A program made the position numbers and the translations under genes. From Auanema rhodensis (taxonomy: Eukaryota; Animalia; Nematoda), in NCBI GenBank assembly GCA_964057225.1, contig OZ059894.1, forward strand, positions 4,526,001-4,590,000: a stretch of 64,000 nucleotides of DNA, written 5' to 3'. The notes under the pieces were generated by a model. That model did no database searches. It was not told the DNA's origin and saw nothing but the letters and a program-made list of their open reading frames with translations. This document shows positions 1 through 10,700 of this stretch, piece after piece (position 1 is the first letter of the stretch; the number at the start of each line of letters is the position of its first letter).

Positions 1-59
1 CTGCGTCGATCTGTGTTATCAGATTTGCGCTAGCTTAAAAATGCACCGAGATATCAACT

Positions 60-81
60 GATATAAGTTCACACTTATATC
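60..81. repeat. Perfect 8-bp inverted repeat with 6-nt loop (per monomer)
   Basis: gatataag-ttcaca-cttatatc; it overlaps a second dyad atatca-ac-tgatat (51-64). Confidence 0.9.
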
Positions 82-183
82 CTCGATTTTCACCCTGAAG
101 AAATAATTTTTTCGTTGAATAACATTGTCCATCGTCTTTGCCTTGAAAAAAGGAATCTAAAAACATCTACTTTTTGCTAAATT

Positions 184-218
184 ATTTTGAAATTTTTCGA
201 AAAAATTTTTGTCAAAAT
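184..218. repeat. A/T-tract dyad with a 12-bp palindrome (per monomer)
   Basis: The palindrome tttttcgaaaaa (193-204) lies inside the outer arms attttga (184-190) and tcaaaat (212-218). Confidence 0.8.
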
Positions 219-231
219 GTTTTTGGAAGCA

Positions 232-259
232 ATGTTGAGTGTACATGGAAACTCAACAT
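232..259. repeat. Perfect 9-bp inverted repeat with 10-nt loop (per monomer)
   Basis: atgttgagt-gtacatggaa-actcaacat; an alternative pairing is agtgta (238-243) with tacact (259-264). Confidence 0.9.
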
Positions 260-1044
260 ACACTAATGCATCATTTTTCAAACGATCATAACTAATTTTT
301 GTATTAAGCGTTTCTCAATGTAGTTCAGTGCATTCGATGCGGATTTTTTAGCTGCGTCGATCTGTGTTATCAGATTTGCGCTAGCTTAAAAATGTACCGA
401 GATATCAACTGATATAAGTTCACACTTATATCCTCGATTTTCACCCTGAAGAAATAATTTTTTCGTTGAATAACATTGTCCATCGTCTTTGCCTTGAAAA
501 AAGGAATCTAAAAACATCTACTTTTTGCTAAATTATTTTGAAATTTTTCGAAAAAATTTTTGTCAAAATGTTTTTGGAAGCAATGTTGAGTGTACATGGA
601 AACTCAACATACACTAATGCATCATTTTTCAAACGATCATAACTAATTTTTGTATTAAGCGTTTCTCAATGTAGTTTAGTGCATTCGATGCGGATTTTTT
701 AGCTGCGTCGATCTGTGTTATCAGATTTGCGCTAGCTTAAAAATGTACCGAGATATCAACTGATATAAGTTCACACTTATATCCTCGATTTTCACCCTGA
801 AGAATTAATTTTTTCGTTGAATAACATTGTCCATCGTCTTTGCCTTGAAAAAAGGAATCTAAAAACATCTACTTTTCGCTAAATTATTCTGAAATTTTTC
901 GAAAAAATTTTTGTCAAAATGTTTTTGGAAGCAATGTTGAGTGTACATGGAAACTCAACATACACTAATGCATCATTTTTCAAACGATCATAACTAATTT
1001 TTGTATTAAGCGTTTCTCAATGTAGTATAGTGCATTCGATGCGG

Positions 1045-1095
1045 ATTTTTAAGCTGCGTCGATCTGTGTTATCAGATTTGCGCTAGCTTAAAAAT
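1045..1095. repeat. Imperfect inverted repeat (22/23-bp arms, 6-bp spacer), once per monomer; example copy
   Basis: The left arm atttttaagctgcgtcgatctg (1045-1066) has reverse complement cagatcgacgc-agcttaaaaat. The right arm is cagatttgcgctagcttaaaaat (1073-1095). 19 of 23 positions match, including a perfect 11-bp block. The spacer is tgttat. Confidence 0.9.
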
Positions 1096-3510
1096 GCACC
1101 GAGATATCAACTGATATAAGTTCACACTTATATCCTCGATTTTCACCCTGAAGAAATAATTTTTTCGTTGAATAACATCGTCCATCGTCTTTGCCTTGAA
1201 AAAAGAAATCTAAAAACATCTACTTTTTGCTAAATTATTTTGAAATTTTTCGAAAAAATTTTTGTCAAAATGTTTTTGGAAGCAATGTTGAGTGTACATG
1301 GAAACTCAACATACACTAATGCATCATTTTTCAAACGATCATAACTAATTTTTGTATCAAGCGTTTCTCAATGTAGTTTAGTGCATTCGATGCGGATTTT
1401 TAAGCTGCGTCGATCTGTGTTATCAGATTTGCGCTAGCTTAAAAATGCACCGAGATATCAACTGATATAAGTTCACACTTATATCCTCGATTTTCACCCT
1501 GAAGAATTAATTTTTTCGTTGAATAACATTGTCCATCGTCTTTGCCTTGAAAAAAGAAATCTAAAAACATCTACTTTTTGCTAAATTATTTTGAAATTTT
1601 TCGAAAAAATTTTTGTCAAAATGTTTTTGGAAGCGATGTTGAGTGTACATGGAAACTCAACATACACTAATGCATCATTTTTCAAACGATCATAACTAAT
1701 TTTTGTATTAAGCGTTTCTCAATGTAGTATAGTGCATTCGATGCGGATTTTTAAGCTGCGTCGATCTGTGTTATCAGATTTGCGCTAGCTTAAAAATGCA
1801 CCGAGATATCAACTGATATAAGTTCACACTTATATCCTCGATTTTCACCCTGAAGAAATAATTTTTTCGTTGAATAACATCGTCCATCGTCTTTGCCTTG
1901 AAAAAAGAAATCTAAAAACATCTACTTTTTGCTAAATTATTTTGAAATTTTTCGAAAAAATTTTTGTCAAAATGTTTTTGGAAGCAATGTTGAGTGTACA
2001 TGGAAACTCAACATACACTAATGCATCATTTTTCAAACGATCATAACTAATTTTTGTATCAAGCGTTTCTCAATGTAGTTTAGTGCATTCGATGCGGATT
2101 TTTAAGCTGCGTCGATCTGTGTTATCAGATTTGCGCTAGCTTAAAAATGCACCGAGATATCAACTGATATAAGTTCACACTTATATCCTCGATTTTCACC
2201 CTGAAGAATTAATTTTTTCGTTGAATAACATTGTCCATCGTCTTTGCCTTGAAAAAAGGAATCTAAAAACATCTACTTTTTGCTAAATTATTTTGAAATT
2301 TTTCGAAAAAATTTTTGTCAAAATGTTTTTGGAAGCGATGTTGAGTGTACATGGAAACTCAACATACACTAATGCATCATTTTTCAAACGATCATAACTA
2401 ATTTTTGTATTAAGCGTTTCTCAATGTAGTATAGTGCATTCGATGCGGATTTTTTAGCTGCGTCGATCTGTGTTATCAGATTTGCGCTAGCTTAAAAATG
2501 TACCGAGATATCAACTGATATAAGTTCACACTTATATCCTCGATTTTCACCCTGAAGAATTAATTTTTTCGTTGAATAACATTGTCCATCGTCTTTGCCT
2601 TGAAAAAAGGAATCTAAAAACATCTACTTTTCGCTAAATTATTTTGAAATTTTTCGAAAAAATTTTTGTCAAAATGTTTTTGGAAGCAATGTTGAGTGTA
2701 CATGGAAACTCAACATACACTAATGCATCATTTTTCAAACGATCATAACTAATTTTTGTATTAAGCGTTTCTCAATGTAGTATAGTGCATTCGATGCGGA
2801 TTTTTAAGCTGCGTCGATCTGTGTTATCAGATTTGCGCTAGCTTAAAAATGCACCGAGATATCAACTGATATAAGTTCACACTTATATCCTCGATTTTCA
2901 CCCTGAAGAAATAATTTTTTCGTTGAATAACATTGTCCATCGTCTTTGCCTTGAAAAAAGGAATCTAAAAACATCTACTTTTTGCTAAATTATTTCGAAA
3001 TTTTTCGAAAAAATTTTTGTCAAAATGTTTTTGGAAGCAATGTTGAGTGTACATGGAAACTCAACATACACTAATGCATCATTTTTCAAACGATCATAAC
3101 TAATTTTTGTATTAAGCGTTTCTCAATGTAGTATAGTGCATTCGATGCGGATTTTTTAGCTGCGTCGATCTGTGTTATCAGATTTGCGCTAGCTTAAAAA
3201 TGTACCGAGATATCAACTGATATAAGTTCACACTTATATCCTCGATTTTCACCCTGAAGAATTAATTTTTTCGTTGAATAACATTGTCCATCGTCTTTGC
3301 CTTGAAAAAAGGAATCTAAAAACATCTACTTTTCGCTAAATTATTTTGAAATTTTTCGAAAAAATTTTTGTCAAAATGTTTTTGGAAGCAATGTTGAGTG
3401 TACATGGAAACTCAACATACACTAATGCATCATTTTTCAAACGATCATAACTAATTTTTGTATTAAGCGTTTCTCAATGTAGTATAGTGCATTCGATGCG
3501 GATTTTTAAG

Positions 3511-5616
3511 CTGCGTCGATCTGTGTTATCAGATTTGCGCTAGCTTAAAAATGCACCGAGATATCAACTGATATAAGTTCACACTTATATCCTCGATTTT
3601 CACCCTGAAGAAATAATTTTTTCGTTGAATAACATCGTCCATCGTCTTTGCCTTGAAAAAAGGAATCTAAAAACATCTACTTTTTGCTAAATTATTTTGA
3701 AATTTTTCGAAAAAATTTTTGTCAAAATGTTTTTGGAAGCAATGTTGAGTGTACATGGAAACTCAACATACACTAATGCATCATTTTTCAAACGATCATA
3801 ACTAATTTTTGTATCAAGCGTTTCTCAATGTAGTTAAGTGCATTCGATGCGGATTTTTAAGCTGCGTCGATCTGTGTTATCAGATTTGCGCTAGCTTAAA
3901 AATGCACCGAGATATCAACTGATATAAGTTCACACTTATATCCTCGATTTTCACCCTGAAGAATTAATTTTTTCGTTGAATAACATTGTTTATCGTTTTT
4001 GCCTTGAAAAAAGGAATCTAAAAACATCTACTTTTTGCTGAATTATTCTGAATTTTTTCGAAAAAATTTTTGTCAAAATGTTTTTGGAAGCGATGTTGAG
4101 TGTACATGGAAACTCAACATACACTAATGCATCATTTTTCAAACGATCATAACTAATTTTTGTATTAAGCGTTTCTCAATGTAGTATAGTGCATTCGATG
4201 CGGATTTTTTAGCTGCGTCGATCTGTGTTATCAGATTTGCGCTAGCTTAAAAATGTACCGAGATATCAACTGATATAAGTTCACACCTATATCCTCGATT
4301 TTCACCCTGAAGAATTAATTTTTTCGTTGAATAACATTGTCCATCGTCTTTGCCTTGAAAAAAGGAATCTAAAAACATCTACTTTTCGCTAAATTATTTT
4401 GAAATTTTTTGAAAAAATTTTTGTCAAAATGTTTTTGGAAGCAATGTTGAGTGTACATGGAAACTCAACATACACTAATGCATCATTTTTCAAACGATCA
4501 TAACTAATTTTTGTATTAAGCGTTTCTCAATGTAGTATAGTGCATTCGATGCGGATTTTTAAGCTGCGTCGATCTGTGTTATCAGATTTGCGCTAGCTTA
4601 AAAATGCACCGAGATATCAACTGATATAAGTTCACACTTATATCCTCGATTTTCACCCTGAAGAAATAATTTTTTCGTTGAATAACATCGTCCATCGTCT
4701 TTGCCTTGAAAAAAGGAATCTAAAAACATCTACTTTTTGCTAAATTATTTTGAAATTTTTCGAAAAAATTTTTGTCAAAATGTTTTTGGAAGCAATGTTG
4801 AGTGTACATGGAAACTCAACATACACTAATGCATCATTTTTCAAACGATCATAACTAATTTTTGTATCAAGCGTTTCTCAATGTAGTTTAGTGCATTCGA
4901 TGCGGATTTTTAAGCTGCGTCGATCTGTGTTATCAGATTTGCGCTAGCTTAAAAATGCACCGAGATATCAACTGATATAAGTTCACACTTATATCCTCGA
5001 TTTTCACCCTGAAGAATTAATTTTTTCGTTGAATAACATTGTTTATCGTCTTTGCCTTGAAAAAAGGAATCTAAAAACATCTACTTTTTGCTGAATTATT
5101 TTGAATTTTTTCGAAAAAATTTTTGTCAAAATGTTTTTGGAAGCGATGTTGAGTGTACATGGAAACTCAACATACACTAATGCATCATTTTTCAAACGAT
5201 CATAACTAATTTTTGTATTAAGCGTTTCTCAATGTAGTATAGTGCATTCGATGCGGATTTTTTAGCTGCGTCGATCTGTGTTATCAGATTTGCGCTAGCT
5301 TAAAAATGTACCGAGATATCAACTGATATAAGTTCACACCTATATCCTCGATTTTCACCCTGAAGAATTAATTTTTTCGTTGAATAACATTGTCCATCGT
5401 CTTTGCCTTGAAAAAAGGAATCTAAAAACATCTACTTTTCGCTAAATTATTTTGAAATTTTTTGAAAAAATTTTTGTCAAAATGTTTTTGGAAGCAATGT
5501 TGAGTGTACATGGAAACTCAACATACACTAATGCATCATTTTTCAAACGATCATAACTAATTTTTGTATTAAGCGTTTCTCAATGTAGTATAGTGCATTC
5601 GATGCGGATTTTTAAG
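3511..5616. repeat. Tandem duplication of a 3-monomer unit (1053 bp x2; monomers 11-13 and 14-16)
   Basis: Rare variants repeat at 1053-bp spacing: gtttatcg plus ctgaatt in monomers 12 and 15, and cacctat plus tttttga in monomers 13 and 16. Confidence 0.85.
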
Positions 5617-6318
5617 CTGCGTCGATCTGTGATATCAGATTTGCGCTAGCTTAAAAATGCACCGAGATATCAACTGATATAAGTTCACACTTATATCCTC
5701 GATTTTCACCCTGAAGAAATAATTTTTTCGTTGAATAACATTGTCCATCGTCTTTGCCTTGAAAAAAGGAATCTAAAAACATCTACTTTTTGCTAAATTA
5801 TTTTGAAATTTTTCGAAAAAATTTTTGTCAAAATGTTTTTGGAAGCGATGTTGAGTGTACATGGAAACTCAACATACACTAATGCATCATTTTTCAAACG
5901 ATCATAACTAATTTTTGTATTGAGCGTTTCTCAATGTAGTATAGTGCATTCGATGCGGATTTTTTAGCTGCGTCGATCTGTGTTATCAGATTTGCGCTAG
6001 CTTAAAAATGTACCGAGATATCAACTGATATAAGTTCACACTTATATCCTTGATTTTCACCCTGAAGAATTAATTTTTTCGTTGAATAACATTGTCCATC
6101 GTCTTTGCCTTGAAAAAAGGAATCTAAAAACATCTACTTTTTGCTAAATTATTTTGAAATTTTTCGAAAAAATTTTTGTCAAAATGTTTTTGGAAGCAAT
6201 GTTGAGTGTACATGGAAACTCAACATACACTAATGCATCATTTTTCAAACGATCATAACTAATTTTTGTATTAAGCGTTTCTCAATGTAGTATAGTGCAT
6301 TCGATGCGGATTTTTAAG

Positions 6319-7722
6319 CTGCGTCGATCTGTGTTATCAGGTTTGCGCTAGCTTAAAAATGCACCGAGATATCAACTGATATAAGTTCACACTTATATCC
6401 TCGATTTTCACCCCGAAGAATTAATTTTTTCGTTGAATAACAATGTCCATCGTCTTTGCCTTGAAAAAAGGAATCTAAAAACATCTACTTTTTGCTAAAT
6501 TATTTCGAAATTTTTCGAAAAAATTTTTGTTAAAATGTTTTTGGAAGCAATGTTGAGTGTACATGGAAACTCAACATACACTAATGCATCATTTTTCAAA
6601 CGATCATAACTTATTTTTGTAACAAGCGTTTCTCAATGTAGTATAGTGCATTCGATGCGGATTTTTAAGCTGCGTCGATCTGTGTTATCAGTTTTGCGCT
6701 AGCTTAAAAATGCACCGAGATATCAACTGATATAAGTTCACACTTATATCCTCGATTTTCACCCTGAAGAATTAATTTTTTCGTTGAATAACATTGTCCA
6801 TCGTCTTTGCCTTGAAAAAAGGAATCTAAAAACATCTACTTTTTGCTAAATTATTTTGAAATTTTTCGAAAAAATTTTTGTCAAAATGTTTTTGGAAGCA
6901 ATGTTGAGTGTACATGGAAACTCAACATACACTAATGCATCATTTTTCAAACGATCATAACTAATTTTTGTATTAAGCGTTTCTCAATGTAGTATAGTGC
7001 ATTCGATGCGGATTTTTAAGCTGCGTCGATCTGTGTTATCAGGTTTGCGCTAGCTTAAAAATGCACCGAGATATCAACTGATATAAGTTCACACTTATAT
7101 CCTCGATTTTCACCCCGAAGAATTAATTTTTTCGTTGAATAACAATGTCCATCGTCTTTGCCTTGAAAAAAGGAATCTAAAAACATCTACTTTTTGCTAA
7201 ATTATTTCGAAATTTTTCGAAAAAATTTTTGTTAAAATGTTTTTGGAAGCAATGTTGAGTGTACATGGAAACTCAACATACACTAATGCATCATTTTTCA
7301 AACGATCATAACTTATTTTTGTAACAAGCGTTTCTCAATGTAGTATAGTGCATTCGATGCGGATTTTTAAGCTGCGTCGATCTGTGTTATCAGTTTTGCG
7401 CTAGCTTAAAAATGCACCGAGATATCAACTGATATAAGTTCACACTTATATCCTCGATTTTCACCCTGAAGAATTAATTTTTTCGTTGAATAACATTGTC
7501 CATCGTCTTTGCCTTGAAAAAAGGAATCTAAAAACATCTACTTTTTGCTAAATTATTTTGAAATTTTTCGAAAAAATTTTTGTCAAAATGTTTTTGGAAG
7601 CAATGTTGAGTGTACATGGAAACTCAACATACACTAATGCATCATTTTTCAAACGATCATAACTAATTTTTGTATTAAGCGTTTCTCAATGTAGTATAGT
7701 GCATTCGATGCGGATTTTTAAG
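6319..7722. repeat. Tandem duplication of a 2-monomer unit (702 bp x2; monomers 19-20 and 21-22)
   Basis: Monomers 19 and 21 share caggttt, ccccga, caatgtcc, tttcgaaat, gttaaaat and acttat..aac. Monomers 20 and 22 share cagtttt. Confidence 0.9.
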
Positions 7723-10700
7723 CTGCGTCGATCTGTGTTATCAGGTTTGCGCTAGCTTAAAAATGCACCGAGATATCAACTGATATAAGTTCACACTTAT
7801 ATCCTCGATTTTCACCCTGAAGAATTAATTTTTTCGTTGAATAACATTGTCCATCGTCTTTGCCTTGAAAAATGGAATCTAAAAACATCTACTTTTTGCT
7901 AAATTATTCTGAAATTTTTCGAAAAAATTTTTGTCAAAATGTTTTTGGAAGCAATGTTGAGTGTACATGGAAACTCAACATACACTAATGCATCATTTTT
8001 CAAACGATCATAACTAATTTTTGTATTAAGCGTTTCTCAATGTAGTATAGTGCATTCGATGCGGATTTTTAAGCTGCGTCGATCTGTGTTATCAGTTTTG
8101 CGCTAGCTTAAAAATGCACCGAGATATCAACTGATATAAGTTCACACTTATATCCTCGATTTTCACCCTGAAGAATTAATTTTTTCGTTGAATAACATTG
8201 TCCATCGTCTTTGCCTTGAAAAATGGAATCTAAAAACATCTACTTTTTGCTAAATTATTCTGAAATTTTTCGAAAAAATTTTTGTCAAAATGTTTTTGGA
8301 AGCAATGTTGAGTGTACATGGAAACTCAACATACACTAATGCATCATTTTTCAAACGATCATAACTAATTTTTGTATTAAGCGTTTCTCAATGTAGTATA
8401 GTGCATTCGATCCGGATTTTTAAGCTGCGTCGATCTGTGTTATCAGATTTGCGCTAGCTTAAAAATGCACCGAGATATCAACTGATATAAGTTCACACAT
8501 ATATACCCGATTTTCACCCTAAAGAATTAATTTTTTCGTTGAATAACATTGTCCATCGTCTTTGCCTTGAAAAAAGGAATCTAAAAACATCTACTTTTTG
8601 CTAAATTATTTTGAAATTTTTCGAAAAAATTTTTGTCAAAATGTTTTTGGAAGCAATGTTGAGTGTACATGGAAACTCAACATACACTAATGCATCATTT
8701 TTCAAACGATCATAACTAATTTTTGTATTAAGCGTTTCTCAATGTAGTATAAAGCATTCGATGCGGATTTTTAAGCTGCGTCGATCTGTGTTATCAGATT
8801 TGCGCTAGCTTAAAAATGCACCGAGATATCAACTGATATAAGTTCACACTTATATCCTCGATTTTCACCCTGAAGAATTAATTTTTTCGTTGAATAACAT
8901 TGTCCATCGTCTTTGCCTTGAAAAAAGGAATCTAAAAACATCTACTTTTTGCTAAATTATTTTGAAATTTTTCGAAAAAATTTTTGTCAAAATGTTTTTG
9001 GAAGCAATGTTGAGTGTACATGGAAACTCAACATACACTAATGCATCATTTTTCAAACGATCATAACTTATTTTTGTAACAAGCGTTTCTCAATGTAGTA
9101 TAGTGCATTCGATGCGGATTTTTAAGCTGCGTCGATCTGTGTTATCAGATTTGCGCTAGCTTAAAAATGCACCGAGATATCAACTGATATAAGTTCACAC
9201 TTATATCCTCGATTTTCACCCTGAAGAATTAATTTTTTCGTTGAATAACATTGTCCATCGTCTTTGCCTTGAAAAAAGGAATCTAAAAACATCTACTTTT
9301 TGCTAAATTATTTTGAAATTTTTCGAAAAAATTTTTGTCAAAATGTTTTTGGAAGCAATGTTTAGTGTACATGGAAACTCAACATACACTAATGCATCAT
9401 TTTTCAAACGATCATAACTAATTTTTGTATCAAGCGTTTTTTAATGTGGTATAGTGCATTCGATCCGGATTTTTAAGCTGCGTCGATCTGTGTTATCAGA
9501 TTTGCGCTAGCTTAAAAATGCACCGAGATATCAACTGATATAAGTTCACACTTATATCCTCGATTTTCACCCTGAAGAATTAATTTTTTCGTTGAATAAC
9601 ATTGTCCATCGTCTTTGCCTTGAAAAATGGAATCTAAAAACATCTACTTTTTGTTAAATTATTTCGAAATTTTTCGAAAAAATTTTTGTCAAAATGTTTT
9701 TGGAAGCAATGTTGAGTGTACATGGAAACTCAACATACACTAATGCATCATTTTTCAAACGATCATAACTTATTTTTGTAACAAGCGTTTCTCAATGTAG
9801 TATAGTGCATTCGATGCGGATTTTTAAGCTGCGTCGATCTGTGTTATCAGATTTGCGCTAGCTTAAAAATGCACCGAGATATCAACTGATATAAGTTCAC
9901 ACTTATATCCTCGATTTTCACCCTGAAGAATTAATTTTTTCGTTGAATAACATTGTCCATCGTCTTTGCCTTGAAAAAAGGAATCTAAAAACATCTACTT
10001 TTTGCTAAATTATTTTGAAATTTTTCGAAAAAATTTTTGTCAAAATGTTTTTGGAAGCAATGTTGAGTGTACATGGAAACTCAACATACACTAATGCATC
10101 ATTTTTCAAACGATCATAACTAATTTTTGTATTAAGCGTTCTTCAATGTAGTATAGTGCATTCGATGCGGATTTTTAAGCTGCGTCGATCTGTGTTATCA
10201 GATTTGCGCTAGCTTAAAAATGCACCGAGATATCAACTGATATAAGTTCACACTTATATCCTCGATTTTCACCCTGAACAATTAATTTTTTCGTTGAATA
10301 ACATTGTCCATCGTCTTTGCCTTGAAAAATGGAATCTAAAAACATCTACTTTTTGCTAAATTATTTTGAAATTTTTCGAAAAAATTTTTGTCAAAATGTT
10401 TTTGGAAGCAATGTTGAGTGTACATGGAAACTCAACATACACTAATGCATCATTTTTCAAACGATCATAACTAATTTTTGTATCAAGCGTTTTTTAATGT
10501 GGTATAGTGCATTCGATCCGGATTTTTAAGCTGCGTCGATCTGTGTTATCAGATTTGCGCTAGCTTAAAAATGCACCGAGATATCAACTGATATAAGTTC
10601 ACACTTATATCCTCGATTTTCACCCTGAAGAATTAATTTTTTCGTTGAATAACATTGTCCATCGTCTTTGCCTTGAAAAATGGAATCTAAAAACATCTAC

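Larger units (their letters stand above)
1..351 (+). repeat. Representative monomer (351 bp, ~32% GC, many A/T tracts, 12 CpG)
   Basis: Hand count gives 111 G+C in 351 bp (57 C, 54 G). There are about 15 runs of 4 or more A or T, densest at monomer positions 146-224. Confidence 0.95.

Noticed and set aside
9-33. Helitron-like 3' end (hairpin followed by CTAG)
   Set aside because: The stem is short and not GC-rich, CTAG is followed by C rather than T, and the segment is better explained as part of the larger inverted repeat.
60-90. Rho-independent terminator (hairpin plus T run)
   Set aside because: The stem is AT-rich, the T run is not adjacent to it, there is no upstream gene, and the context is not prokaryote-like.
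110-126. CENP-B-box-like TTCGTTGAA
   Set aside because: It matches only the 5' half of TTCGnnnnAnnCGGG; the essential CGGG is absent (acat).
1-351. 5S rDNA, tRNA, snRNA or spliced-leader tandem gene unit (similar unit size)
   Set aside because: I recognise no 5S, tRNA cloverleaf, Pol III A/B/C box or spliced-leader sequence on either strand. An Rfam/Infernal scan would be definitive.
1-351. Internal ~175-bp dimer substructure
   Set aside because: The two halves share only short T-tract motifs (taattttt), and there is no convincing alignment by eye.
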